Below are positions 50,114 to 60,363 of a DNA stretch of 64,000 nucleotides, one piece after another. The DNA is from Candidatus Zhuqueibacterota bacterium (GTDB taxonomy: Bacteria; Zhuqueibacterota; Zhuqueibacteria; Oceanimicrobiales; Oceanimicrobiaceae), in the NCBI GenBank assembly GCA_029262035.1, contig JAJDAE010000296.1, positions 182 through 64,181 on the forward strand. Reading direction: 5' to 3'. Below the pieces are notes generated by a model, which did no database searches, was not told the origin of the DNA, and saw only the letters and a program-made list of their open reading frames with translations. Every line of letters begins with the position of its first letter. Position 1 is the stretch's first letter. Both the position numbers and the translations under genes were made by a program.

Positions 50114-52195
50114 TTAAGCTTCTCGCTCTGCCTTCCAGGCATCCATAATTTTTTTTGCAACATCGTTGGGGACAGTTTCATAATGAGAAAACTTTCTACG
50201 ATGCAGGCCCCTGCCATGTGTTAGAGATCTCAAAGTTGTCGAATATTTGTAAAGATCTGCAAGGGGTACTTTTGCTTTAACAATCTGAAAAGGACCTTCG
50301 GAATCCATACCTGAAATTTTTCCCCTTCTTCCGGAAATATCTCCCATAACATCGCCCATATATTCTTCCGGAACAGTAATTTCCACATCATAAATCGGCT
50401 CAAGCAATACAGGTTTAGCCTCTGCAAAAGCTTTTCTAAAGGCCATTGAACCGGCCACTTTAAACGCCATTTCTGAAGAATCCACATTGTGATAAGTACC
50501 ATCGTAAAGAGAAACCTTTACATCTACGACTTTGCAGCCTGCAAGAATACCATCAACCATGGATTCTCTTATTCCTTTTTCGACTGCCGGGATAAATTTT
50601 CCCGGGATTGACCCACCCACAACTTGGTTCACAAATTCAAATCCTTCGCCATTAGGCAACGGCTCCAGTCTAATCCAAACATCACCATATTGTCCCCTAC
50701 CGCCGGATTGTTTTTTATACTTATATTGTGTTTGAGATTTTCCCTTTATAGTTTCCCTGTAAGGAATTTTTGGCTCTACTAAATTTACTTCTACGCCAAA
50801 TTTGTCTTTAAGGCGCTTTACAACGATATCCAAATGCAATTCTCCCTGTCCCGAAATAATTGTCTGATGGAGCTCCGGATCAAAACTCGAAATAAATGTT
50901 GGATCTTGTTCATGCAATGTGTGCAGCCCCGTGGAAATTTTATCATCATCGCCTTTAGTTTTTGGTTCAACCGCCACTCTAATTACAGGAGGTGGGAAAT
51001 TGATTTCCTGCAAAACTACCGGATGTTGTTTATTGGCCAAAGTGTTTCCTGTATGAGTATCTTTTAGTTTAACAGTAGCTCCGATATCTCCAAAACTTAG
51101 CGAGCTAACTTCCTTTCTACTCTTACCATTCATTACATAAATCTGGCCCAGTTTTTCACTAACATTTCGCGTAGTATTTTGTACATCAGCCCCAACATTC
51201 AATTTACCTGAGACGACCTTAAAGAAAGACATTTCACCCAGATGGGATTCAGACACAGTTTTAAATATCAACAGAGAAAGCGGTGCATCAGTTTTACAAG
51301 AAACTTCAACATCACTATCTCCCCTTTTTGCAGATTCACTAACTTTATTGGCGGCTGACGGGCAGTAATCAGCAACAAAATCTAACAGATGCTTTGAGCC
51401 AATATTTTTTTCTGCTGCCCCGCACAAAACAGGAAAAACCGACTTATTGGCGATACCTGACTTTATTCCTTCAGCCAATTCTTCTTTGGATAACGTACCC
51501 TCTTCAAAAAATTTTTCTAACAATGCATCATCACTCTCTGCTGCCATTTCAATCAACTTCTCGTGCAAATCATCAGCTTGAGCCTGGAGGTTGTCAGGAA
51601 TGGCTGATGTGGAAAAATTCCCGGAACCATTTGTTTCGTACTTTACCAAAGTCATTCCCAGCAAATCCACAAAGCTATCGAACCCGTCTCCGGCATTTAT
51701 GGGCAAATGCACCATTACACCCTTGTTTTTAAAACGCTCTTGAATGCTTGAAAAAACTTGATTAAAATCAGCATGTTCTTTATCCATTCGGTTTACATAA
51801 AAGAGGGATGCAGTACCATACTCATTCATAATTTTAGATACGCTTTCTGTTCCAACTTCAACACCCGATACCGCATTTAGAACTAACACTCCTAAATCGG
51901 TTACGCGTAATGCACCTTGTACTTCCCCATTAAAATCTGAGTAACCCGGAGTATCAAGTACATTAATTTTTGTATTTTTCCACTCGCAATGAAGTAAACC
52001 AGTACTAATAGAAATTTTTCTTTCAATTTCATCAGAATTATAATCCGAAGCTGTTGAACCATCTTCAACTTTACCTTGTCTATTAATTTCACCTGATGTG
52101 AACAGCAATGCTTCAGACAGGGTTGTTTTTCCCACTGTCGCATGGCCAACAACTGCTAAATTCCGAATGTTTTCTGCAGAATACTCTTTCACCAA
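50114..52195 (-). CDS. Elongation factor G paralog, EF-G2-type
   Basis: 693 aa with a full EF-G domain set. The G1 motif is GHATVGKTT (EF-G2-like GHxxxGKT) rather than the canonical AHIDAGKTT. It is not next to rpsL, rpsG or tuf. Confidence 0.8.
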   Translation of the reverse strand: MVKEYSAENIRNLAVVGHATVGKTTLSEALLFTSGEINRQGKVEDGSTASDYNSDEIERKISISTGLLHCEWKNTKINVLDTPGYSDFNGEVQGALRVTDLGVLVLNAVSGVEVGTESVSKIMNEYGTASLFYVNRMDKEHADFNQVFSSIQERFKNKGVMVHLPINAGDGFDSFVDLLGMTLVKYETNGSGNFSTSAIPDNLQAQADDLHEKLIEMAAESDDALLEKFFEEGTLSKEELAEGIKSGIANKSVFPVLCGAAEKNIGSKHLLDFVADYCPSAANKVSESAKRGDSDVEVSCKTDAPLSLLIFKTVSESHLGEMSFFKVVSGKLNVGADVQNTTRNVSEKLGQIYVMNGKSRKEVSSLSFGDIGATVKLKDTHTGNTLANKQHPVVLQEINFPPPVIRVAVEPKTKGDDDKISTGLHTLHEQDPTFISSFDPELHQTIISGQGELHLDIVVKRLKDKFGVEVNLVEPKIPYRETIKGKSQTQYKYKKQSGGRGQYGDVWIRLEPLPNGEGFEFVNQVVGGSIPGKFIPAVEKGIRESMVDGILAGCKVVDVKVSLYDGTYHNVDSSEMAFKVAGSMAFRKAFAEAKPVLLEPIYDVEITVPEEYMGDVMGDISGRRGKISGMDSEGPFQIVKAKVPLADLYKYSTTLRSLTHGRGLHRRKFSHYETVPNDVAKKIMDAWKAEREA

Positions 52196-52801
52196 AACCT
52201 CCCTTTTTCAATCTGAAAATGAATTAGTTGTTTTTGAGAATCTATAGTTCTTATATTAAAAAAAAATTGGGATACTATCAAAACCAACTCAATATTTATA
52301 TTGAGTTTTAGTTGATTGTGCAGTAATTGAAGCAATATATGGGGCATGTGTAAATGATATTTTAACATTTACAGAAATTATCAGAAATTTGGACAACTAA
52401 TTTATGTATTTCATAAGAAAAAGAATGAATGAACGATTCATTACTATTGATAAGTGAAATTATTATAATGTAATCGTTTTTAAAAGTCAAGAAAAAGTTG
52501 CTTGACTGAATAGTTGTTCAATTGACGACAAAAAATATGGCAAATTATGGCATATAAGTTTTCAAACATGGCCCAATGTAGGTATATATTATTTTAACTA
52601 ACGCCTACGCTCGATGTTAAAATACTTCGGGAGATAAAACCACTAAATGTTAAAATACTTTAACTCTGTTTCACCAATAAGCTCTTGACTATCAAGGTTT
52701 TTAATTGTATTTTCATGCCTTAAACTGAACGATTATCGACCACTTTTACAACTACTTTACGGAAATTGCTTCACAGTGTCACACCATATTCTGACTCAAA
52801 A

Positions 52802-53752
52802 ATGAACAACGACAACAATATGAAAACAATTCTTGTCGTTGATGATGTTCCTGTAAACATACAATTATTATCGACTTACCTTTCTTCCGAAGGCTATACG
52901 ATAATATCTGCGAAGGACGGGCAGCATGCATTGGACATGGTTTATGAAAATACCCCGGATCTGGTTCTGCTTGATGTTATGATGCCAAAAATTAATGGGT
53001 TTGAAGTTTGTAAAAAATTAAAATCATCGGAAGATACTAAATTTATACCGGTTATTATGCTAACAGCGTTAAATGACCTGGAAAATAAAATAAAAGGCAT
53101 GGATTCCGGGGCTGATGATTTTATTACCAAACCCTTTAACCGAATGGAGCTTCTTGCCCGAGTTCGCTCTCTTCTCCGCATAAAATATTTGCACGATGAA
53201 TTACAAAAAAAGATAATCGAACTCCAAAGTACAAAAGAAGAGCTCAGGCAGCTTTCAATTACAGATGGATTAACCGGTTTATACAATTACAGATATTTTA
53301 AAGAGCAGTTTACCCAGGAAATAAGTCGTGCATTGCGGCATGCTCTCAACGTCTCTTTGATTATGATTGACATAGACCATTTCAAAAATTTTAATGACCA
53401 AAATGGGCATCCTGCCGGAGACAGAGTGTTACAAGAACTGGGCTCTCTCTTAAAAAGTAATATTCGTAATATCGACATGGCTGCCAGGTATGGCGGCGAA
53501 GAATTTACCTTAATTTTAATCGAAACCGATAAAAATTCTGCACTAGTTGTAGCAGAAAAAATCAGAAAATTAATCGAAACGAATAAATTTCATCACGAAG
53601 AAAAGCAACCTCTCGGTAAAATTACAATAAGCAGCGGCTTGTCAACATTCCCTGAAGATGGTCATGACTTTAGTACTTTAGTAGAAAAGGCGGACCAAAG
53701 ACTATACAGGGCAAAACAAGCCGGCAGAAATATTCTGTTTGCAGATTCATAA
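52802..53752 (+). CDS. Response regulator with a GGDEF diguanylate cyclase output (PleD-like)
   Basis: REC domain (ILVVDDVP ... LLDVMMPKINGFE ... TKP) plus a GGDEF domain (DHFKNFND ... RYGGEEF). I place the start at the internal ATG at 52802. The track ORF starts at a TTG at 52766. Confidence 0.8.
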   Translation: MNNDNNMKTILVVDDVPVNIQLLSTYLSSEGYTIISAKDGQHALDMVYENTPDLVLLDVMMPKINGFEVCKKLKSSEDTKFIPVIMLTALNDLENKIKGMDSGADDFITKPFNRMELLARVRSLLRIKYLHDELQKKIIELQSTKEELRQLSITDGLTGLYNYRYFKEQFTQEISRALRHALNVSLIMIDIDHFKNFNDQNGHPAGDRVLQELGSLLKSNIRNIDMAARYGGEEFTLILIETDKNSALVVAEKIRKLIETNKFHHEEKQPLGKITISSGLSTFPEDGHDFSTLVEKADQRLYRAKQAGRNILFADS

Positions 53753-53763
53753 AAGGGGAATTT

Positions 53764-55272
53764 ATGAAGCTAACTTTTTTTGCTAACAAATCGTTGGACC
53801 GAAAATTATTTGTAATAATTTTCGTGGCTACACTTTTGCCAGTTTGCTTTATGGTAGGACTTTCATTTAAAATATCTGCCAATTCGGGATCCAATATATT
53901 CAATTCACCTTTGATGTACCTCGTGCTTGTGTCTATGGTCTTAGGGCTTTCCTTTGGCGTAACCACAATACTCAGCCATTTAATTACAAAGCCGCTGAAC
54001 AGCTTCATTAAATCCGCAACAGAAATAGCCCGAGGAGAACTTTCCAAAAAAATTGTGGTGACTCCACAAAAAGAATTAGGCAAACTAGCCTGGCTTTTTA
54101 ATTATATGGTAGAAGATCTTAGAAGAGCCAAAGATGTCCACAAAGTAAGTGAGAGACTTCTCGAAAAAGAAAAGATTGAGACTATTCTTAAAAGTACAGC
54201 AGACGGTATTATCTTAACAAATGAGAAAGCGCGGCTTCTTCTTGTAAACCCGATTGTTGAAAAATGGTTTGACATTAAGCATGATAAGGTTGAAGACATT
54301 GCGTTGAAAAAAGTAATACAACACGAGAATCTAAACAGCCACCTGGCTGCCTTTACTAATACACCGGATTCGAAAGATAAAAATTACGAAATCATTTTAC
54401 AAGATGAAAATAGTAATAAGCAAAGAGTTCTTCAGGTAAAGTCGGTAAAGGTTCATGACAAACAAACGGGCAAATTAAACTCCGTAGTTACGGTTTTAAG
54501 AGATATTACTCGGGAAAAAGAGATCGACCGACTCAAAACCGAACTTGTCTCCATGGTTGCTCACGAGCTACGCTCACCACTAACCTGTATCTCCGGTTTC
54601 AGCGAGCTCTTGCTTGATGATTCAGTAACTAAAGAGCAGTCCGGAGAATATGCCAATATTATTCTGAAAGAATCAAATCGACTCAATGATCTTATCAACA
54701 AATTTCTTGACATATCAAAAATTGAATCCGGTAAAAGCCAGTTAAACAAAAGCCCGGTAGATATGAAAATGTTAATAGAAAAAGTTCTCGATTTCAATTC
54801 GCAGCTTGCTCAAAAGAAGCAAATTAAAGTGAAATTTGAAGCACCGAAACAAATTTTAGCAATCGAAATAGACCGAAATATGATTGAACAGGCCATTTTG
54901 AATCTTTTTTCAAACGCAGCTAAATACAGTCCTGAAAGCGCAACAATCAAAGTACGGCTCAATGTAATTGAAGATAAAATAATTCTTGATGTTGAAGATA
55001 CAGGTTACGGCATCTCCCCGAACTCACTTCCACGTATCTTTGACAAATTTTTCCGTGTTTCTGACAATGACAATGTTGTTGACATTGAAGGCTCGGGCCT
55101 CGGCTTACCCCTGGTAAAAGAAATCGTTGAAATCCATGGTGGGAAAATTCTGGTAAAGAGTGAACTTGGTAAAGGCTCCAAATTCACAATTTCCTTACCT
55201 TACAGTAACAACCTATCGGAGTCAACAGAGGATTTTGCCAGAGTTGAATATGAAACTGAAACCCCAATTTAA
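53764..55272 (+). CDS. Sensor histidine kinase with HAMP, PAS, HisKA and HATPase domains
   Basis: It has a transmembrane segment and HAMP domain, the H-box AHELRSPL, an N-box, and the G-boxes GSGLGL. Confidence 0.8.
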   Translation: MKLTFFANKSLDRKLFVIIFVATLLPVCFMVGLSFKISANSGSNIFNSPLMYLVLVSMVLGLSFGVTTILSHLITKPLNSFIKSATEIARGELSKKIVVTPQKELGKLAWLFNYMVEDLRRAKDVHKVSERLLEKEKIETILKSTADGIILTNEKARLLLVNPIVEKWFDIKHDKVEDIALKKVIQHENLNSHLAAFTNTPDSKDKNYEIILQDENSNKQRVLQVKSVKVHDKQTGKLNSVVTVLRDITREKEIDRLKTELVSMVAHELRSPLTCISGFSELLLDDSVTKEQSGEYANIILKESNRLNDLINKFLDISKIESGKSQLNKSPVDMKMLIEKVLDFNSQLAQKKQIKVKFEAPKQILAIEIDRNMIEQAILNLFSNAAKYSPESATIKVRLNVIEDKIILDVEDTGYGISPNSLPRIFDKFFRVSDNDNVVDIEGSGLGLPLVKEIVEIHGGKILVKSELGKGSKFTISLPYSNNLSESTEDFARVEYETETPI

Positions 55273-55332
55273 CTTAAAGTTATACCCTTAAGCTGTTCTA
55301 TTGAGCATTAAGGGTAAAAAAAACAACCAATA

Positions 55333-57231
55333 ATGGAAAGACGGCGTACAATCTTATTTGTCGATGATGACGAGGATATGCTGGAAATTGGCGGCATTAT
55401 TCTAAGAAAAGCAGGGTATACTTACGTCCCGGCTGACTCCGCAGAAGTTGGTCTTGAAATCCTTCTAACCCAAAAACCAGATCTCATAATTCTTGATTAT
55501 TTCATGCCCGGGTTAAATGGATATGAATTTTTTCAAACCTTAGTTAAGAATGTCAAATATCATAGTGCTAAAGATATTCCGGTAATAATGCTCACTGCTG
55601 CTTCGGAACAGGATGTCGAACGCCAACAATTATTTGAATTAGGCTTAAGCGCCTTCCTCCAAAAACCATTCGGCAATAGGGAGTTACTAAATGTTATCGA
55701 GAACGTTTTTATTCTCAATGATTTACAACTCGAGAATAAAAAACTTGAGGAGCAGATAAAAAGAACAGAGTATAAATACCAGGATTTAATTGAAAATGCG
55801 AGCGATTTAATTTTCACTCTCGATCCGGAAGCACGTTTTGTTTTTATAAATCGACGCTTAAAACAAATATCCGGCTTTGATAGAGAAAAATGGATTGGTA
55901 AAAAATGCATTGAAATAATTCATAAGGAGGATATTGAAAAATCCAGAGAACATTTATCCAAAGCAATTAACGGCAAATCCAGAATTTTTGAAACTCGCCT
56001 GAATCTGAATGGAAGTAAAAGCATTTATCTATCCATAAACTGCAACCCTATCTTTGAAAAAGGCCAGGTCGTGGGCTGTGTTGCAATAGCCCGGGATATT
56101 ACTGAAGAAAAAATGTTAGAGCAAGAAATTGTTGAGCTCAAAAATTTCAATGAAAGTATCATTCAAAGTATGGGCTCGGGGTTACTTACAATCAACCTCA
56201 ATAACACGATAACTTCTTTTAATAACAGCGCTACAGAAATTTTGGGATATGCTCCGGATGAAATTGTGCACAAAAGACTTCAGGATATTTTCCCGGAAGA
56301 AGATTGTGAAAAAATTCTGGAAAATGTTAAAAGTCCCCAGCAAGGTCTTTTAAATCGTGAAATGCCATTAACAGCGAAAAATGGTAAGCCCATCTTTATT
56401 GGTTTTTCAGTCACCCCGAGGTACGACACAAAAAACCACCGGGTCGGTACAATAATATCTTTTAAAGATATCAGTCAAATTAAACATATGCAAACTGAAG
56501 TTCAAAGAATGGATAGATTGGCATCGATGGGTGTATTGGCATCGGGTATTGCACATGAAATCAGAAATCCTTTAGCCGGCATTAAAACAATAGCTCAGAC
56601 CTTGGAAGAAGAAATTGAACATAGTGACCACAAACGTGAGTACGTCTCAAGAATTGTCAGACAAGTTAATCGCATGGATGATCTTCTCAAAACAATTTTT
56701 TCGTATGCGAAGCCAAGAGAACCCAAACTAAAATATCATCGTTTGAATGAAATTATATATGAAGTTTTCGCCCTGCTTGAAAACCGAATGAAAAAACAAT
56801 CTATAAAGTATCAAAGTTTTTTTCACGAAGAGTTACCATTGATATACGTTGATTTCTATCAAATTCAGCAGGTGTTCATTAATTTATTTTTAAATGCTCT
56901 CGACGCAATGCCGGATGGCGGCACGCTGCAGCTAGAGGCAATTCCAAAAGTCACAACTCTTAACCGCTTGGATCGCAGAGGCAGAGCCTTTCCTGTTCAA
57001 AATGAAAGCTCCCTTTTTGTAGATGTTACTTTGCAAGACTCCGGAATTGGAATTTCTGAAGAAAATTTATCTTCGATTTTCAATCCTTTCTTTACAACAA
57101 AACCACAAGGCTCAGGATTAGGATTGTCAATCGTCTACCAAATTGTAACCGAACACAATGGAGACATTCAGGTAGAAAGTGAACACGACAAAGGAACCAC
57201 TTTCAAATTACTTTTACCTACGGAGGAATAA
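55333..57231 (+). CDS. Hybrid response regulator and histidine kinase, with an N-terminal REC, PAS domains, HisKA and HATPase
   Basis: N-terminal REC (ILFVDDDEDML ... ILDYFMPGLNG), PAS repeats, the H-box GIAHEIRNPLAGI, and an HATPase with GSGLGLSIV. Confidence 0.8.
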   Translation: MERRRTILFVDDDEDMLEIGGIILRKAGYTYVPADSAEVGLEILLTQKPDLIILDYFMPGLNGYEFFQTLVKNVKYHSAKDIPVIMLTAASEQDVERQQLFELGLSAFLQKPFGNRELLNVIENVFILNDLQLENKKLEEQIKRTEYKYQDLIENASDLIFTLDPEARFVFINRRLKQISGFDREKWIGKKCIEIIHKEDIEKSREHLSKAINGKSRIFETRLNLNGSKSIYLSINCNPIFEKGQVVGCVAIARDITEEKMLEQEIVELKNFNESIIQSMGSGLLTINLNNTITSFNNSATEILGYAPDEIVHKRLQDIFPEEDCEKILENVKSPQQGLLNREMPLTAKNGKPIFIGFSVTPRYDTKNHRVGTIISFKDISQIKHMQTEVQRMDRLASMGVLASGIAHEIRNPLAGIKTIAQTLEEEIEHSDHKREYVSRIVRQVNRMDDLLKTIFSYAKPREPKLKYHRLNEIIYEVFALLENRMKKQSIKYQSFFHEELPLIYVDFYQIQQVFINLFLNALDAMPDGGTLQLEAIPKVTTLNRLDRRGRAFPVQNESSLFVDVTLQDSGIGISEENLSSIFNPFFTTKPQGSGLGLSIVYQIVTEHNGDIQVESEHDKGTTFKLLLPTEE

Positions 57232-57236
57232 TTTCT

Positions 57237-58604
57237 ATGCCAAAAGCGAGTATTCTGATAATTGAGGACAATGAAGATCTTTGCCAGACACTTGCAGATG
57301 TATTAAAAAAAGATGGCAATAAAGTAACGACTGCGTTTAAAGGTAAAGATGGTCTGGGAATTCTGGAAAAAGATATTATCGATCTGGTTTTACTGGATAT
57401 CAAATTACCGGATCTCAATGGCATACAAATTTTGCAGACAATCAAAGACAAAGACCCGGATATACTCGTTATAATGATTACCGCGACTACAGACGCACGC
57501 CCTGCCATAGATGCTATGAAAATGGGAGCATACGATTATTTGATGAAACCGTTTGATTTGGTCCAACTCAAATTAGTAATTGCAAAGGCGCTTGAAACAC
57601 AGAACTTAAAAAAAGAAGTCTCCCGGCTAAAGACACAACAGCGCGAAAAATTTCCCGACAATGAAATGTATGGGGAAGCCAAACCGATGCAGGAACTAAA
57701 AAAGCTGATAAAAATTGTGGCAGCAACTCCGAAAACATCCGTTCTCATTCAAGGTGAAAGCGGTACTGGCAAGGAACTCGTATCCGATGCCGTACATAAT
57801 TGGAGTGCACGCAAGGACAAACCCATCGTCAAAATAAACTGTAGCGCCATTCCTGAAAATTTGCTCGAAAGTGAGCTGTTCGGCCACGAGAAAGGCGCTT
57901 TTACAGATGCCAAATACCTGAAGAAGGGCATTTTTGAAATGGCCAATAATGGCACAATTTTCCTTGATGAAATTTCAAACATGCAAATGTCAATTCAGCC
58001 AAAGTTTTTACGGGTATTGGAGACCCAATCATTTCGTCGAATTGGTGGCACCTCCGACATAAATGTGGATGTCAGAATTATTGCAGCCACAAACCGTAAC
58101 CTGGAAGATTGCGTTGAAGCCCAGACTTTTCGCGAAGATTTATATTATAGATTAAAAGTAATGGTACTAAACATCCCAGCCTTACGAGAAAGAATTACCG
58201 ACATCATTCCACTTGCCATGTTATTTATTGAAAGAAATAACCGCGAGTTTGGTAAAAACATAAAAGGGATATCTGATGAAGCTGCTGAAAAAATGTTATC
58301 CTATCAGTGGCCTGGAAATGTGAGAGAACTAAAAAATGTTATTGAGCGTGCAGTTATTTTATGTTACGATGACCAATTGCAATCAGAACATTTACCTCTG
58401 GAACTCCTAGCTGGAAAATCCAAAATCACGACTTCAAATCAGTTTGGGGCTTTGCTTGAAGATGATGATTCTCTAGAAGAAATGGAACGGCGCCATATAA
58501 AGCTAGTCCTTGAAAAATATGATGGCAATAAATCAAAAACTTCAAGAATGTTAAATATATCACGGTCTACCCTACGTGAAAAAATGAAAAACTATGGCAT
58601 ATAG
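57237..58604 (+). CDS. Sigma54-dependent Fis-family response regulator (NtrC-type enhancer-binding protein)
   Basis: REC domain followed by an AAA+ sigma54-activation domain (GESGTGKELVS ... ESELFGHEKGAFT, the GAFTGA motif) and a C-terminal HTH. Confidence 0.85.
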   Translation: MPKASILIIEDNEDLCQTLADVLKKDGNKVTTAFKGKDGLGILEKDIIDLVLLDIKLPDLNGIQILQTIKDKDPDILVIMITATTDARPAIDAMKMGAYDYLMKPFDLVQLKLVIAKALETQNLKKEVSRLKTQQREKFPDNEMYGEAKPMQELKKLIKIVAATPKTSVLIQGESGTGKELVSDAVHNWSARKDKPIVKINCSAIPENLLESELFGHEKGAFTDAKYLKKGIFEMANNGTIFLDEISNMQMSIQPKFLRVLETQSFRRIGGTSDINVDVRIIAATNRNLEDCVEAQTFREDLYYRLKVMVLNIPALRERITDIIPLAMLFIERNNREFGKNIKGISDEAAEKMLSYQWPGNVRELKNVIERAVILCYDDQLQSEHLPLELLAGKSKITTSNQFGALLEDDDSLEEMERRHIKLVLEKYDGNKSKTSRMLNISRSTLREKMKNYGI

Positions 58605-58798
58605 CAATTGGTTGATTATCGGCCACCCTGTATTGATTTTATTCCATATTTTTGATATCTAAATATAAGATCCTCCTGTAGTTATTCCGTATATTTCTGC
58701 TCTATTGTCAACTTTAGGGTCAAGATTTCCTTTCCTCCTGACGAATCAAACTAAAACATCGACAAACTGACTTTGTCATTTAGACATTGAAGTTATTT

Positions 58799-58814
58799 TG
58801 GTATACCTTTTGCA
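58799..58814 (+). promoter_or_regulatory. Sigma54 (-24/-12) promoter: TGGTAT-N5-TTGCA
   Basis: Seen directly: TGGTATACCTTTTGCA, with GG and GC separated by exactly 10 nt as in the TGGCAC-N5-TTGCW consensus. It lies 44 nt upstream of the REC-DUF4388 start and directly downstream of the sigma54 activator gene. Confidence 0.5.
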
Positions 58815-58854
58815 TTTTACCACCATGTATAATTGTTGCATCGGAGCTTACGTG

Positions 58855-59523
58855 ATGATAGAGAAAAAAAGAATTTTGATTGTGGATGATGAAGAAGATA
58901 TTACATGGGCTATATCAAAAAATCTAACAAACGCTAACACCAATTTAGAAATAAAATGTGTCCATGATGGTGACACAGCTTACAACTTATTAAATAACCA
59001 AACCTTCGACCTTGTTGTCTCCGACGTAAGAATGCCAGGCAGAGACGGTTTCCAACTCATGCTTGATATTCGCAAAAAAAGTCCTGTAACAAAAATTATA
59101 TTAATGACGGCCTATGGCTCTCAGGATATTATGAAAAAGGCCGATACTTTTGGCAGTTATTTTTATATCGAAAAACCATTTGATATTGGTTACTTAAAAC
59201 AACTTGTATTTGATGCGCTTGAAATTGATAAAACAGGTTTTGTAGGTCATCTCGACAAAGCCGGGCTTGGAGAGTTAATTGAGGTAAATTGTTCATCCAA
59301 GAGCAATTCGCAGTTGACTGTGACCAGCCAAAATGGAATCGGCACAATCTATTTTAAAAATGGTGATGTCATTCACGCTGAATGCGGTGACTTAAAAAGT
59401 GAAAGAGCTTTTTATAACATTCTGAATTGGAATACTGGGACATTTAAAATTACCGGACAGGGCAACAATACGCAAAGATCAATTTTTAGAGACTGGAAGA
59501 CTCTTTTGCACCAAAGCTCTTAG
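58855..59523 (+). CDS. Response regulator receiver fused to a DUF4388 domain
   Basis: REC (ILIVDDEEDI ... VVSDVRMPGRDG ... KP), then a C-terminal DUF4388-like region (GHLDKAGLGELIEV ... GTIYFKNGDVIHAECGDLKSERAFYNILNWNTGTFKI). I place the start at the GTG/ATG at 58855-58858, after a GGAG RBS. The track ORF begins at a TTG at 58798, inside the sigma54 promoter. Confidence 0.6.
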   Translation: MIEKKRILIVDDEEDITWAISKNLTNANTNLEIKCVHDGDTAYNLLNNQTFDLVVSDVRMPGRDGFQLMLDIRKKSPVTKIILMTAYGSQDIMKKADTFGSYFYIEKPFDIGYLKQLVFDALEIDKTGFVGHLDKAGLGELIEVNCSSKSNSQLTVTSQNGIGTIYFKNGDVIHAECGDLKSERAFYNILNWNTGTFKITGQGNNTQRSIFRDWKTLLHQSS

Positions 59524-59546
59524 GGTAGTAAAAAAGGATTTTTACT

Positions 59547-60356
59547 ATGTCAGAAATTATCGCAATCGCGAGTCAAAAAGGTGGGGTTGGCAAAACAACT
59601 ACGGCCGTTAACCTTGGAGCTAGTTTAGCATCCTTAGGAAAAAAAATACTGCTGGTAGATATTGACCCGCAAGGCAGTGTTTCAGCAAGTTTTGGTTATA
59701 CTCGTTACGACATTAACGCCGGTGTCCTCGATATATTTTTAACCGACACCCCAATCCGCGACACTATCCACCCTACAGGTCAACACAACTTCGAATTTAT
59801 CCCCACAAATTTATGGTCGGATGAAAATGACCGCCGGAAACTTATCGGCATCACTTCAAAAAATAAATTAAAAGAAGAATTGGCTAAAATTCGGCATGAG
59901 TATGATTTTATTCTTATTGATTGCCCTCCCTCTTTAGGTAATCTCACATTTAACGCATTAATTTCTGCAGACTCATTAATAATCCCCATTCAATGCGAAT
60001 ACTATGCTTTAAAGGCATTGGGCAGGTTCCTAAAGTTAACCAGAATCATAAAACACGAAAATAATCCCAATTTACAATACCGCGGGTTTCTTCTTACCAT
60101 GGTAGATCTTCGAAATAATTTAACAAAAGTTGTGATGGAAAAAATCCGATATACTTTACAAGGTTTGGTCTTTGATACAATTATTCCAAGAAATATCAGA
60201 CTGGCAGAAGTCCCTTATTATGGTGAACCGGTTATTAGTTTTGACAAGAATTGCAAAGGCGCCCAAAGCTATCTTGATTTGGCACGAGAAGTTTTGCAAA
60301 AAGAGGACAACCAACCCCACATAGTTGACGATAATACAAAAGTAGAAGTTATCTGA
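59547..60356 (+). CDS. Orphan ParA/Soj-family (MinD-like) P-loop ATPase
   Basis: It has the deviant Walker A (KGGVGKTTTAVNLG) and Soj-like motifs (LLVDIDPQGS, LIDCPPSLG, IIPIQCEYYAL, IPRNIRLAEVPYYGEP). No parB is adjacent. Confidence 0.8.
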   Translation: MSEIIAIASQKGGVGKTTTAVNLGASLASLGKKILLVDIDPQGSVSASFGYTRYDINAGVLDIFLTDTPIRDTIHPTGQHNFEFIPTNLWSDENDRRKLIGITSKNKLKEELAKIRHEYDFILIDCPPSLGNLTFNALISADSLIIPIQCEYYALKALGRFLKLTRIIKHENNPNLQYRGFLLTMVDLRNNLTKVVMEKIRYTLQGLVFDTIIPRNIRLAEVPYYGEPVISFDKNCKGAQSYLDLAREVLQKEDNQPHIVDDNTKVEVI

Positions 60357-60363
60357 GTATCAC

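Noticed and set aside
50017-50502. Small minus-strand ORFs (50017-50217, 50230-50502) at or within the 3-prime end of the EF-G2 gene
   Set aside because: One is in a different frame within the EF-G2 coding region. The other spans the convergent intergenic gap with no RBS. Both are judged spurious.
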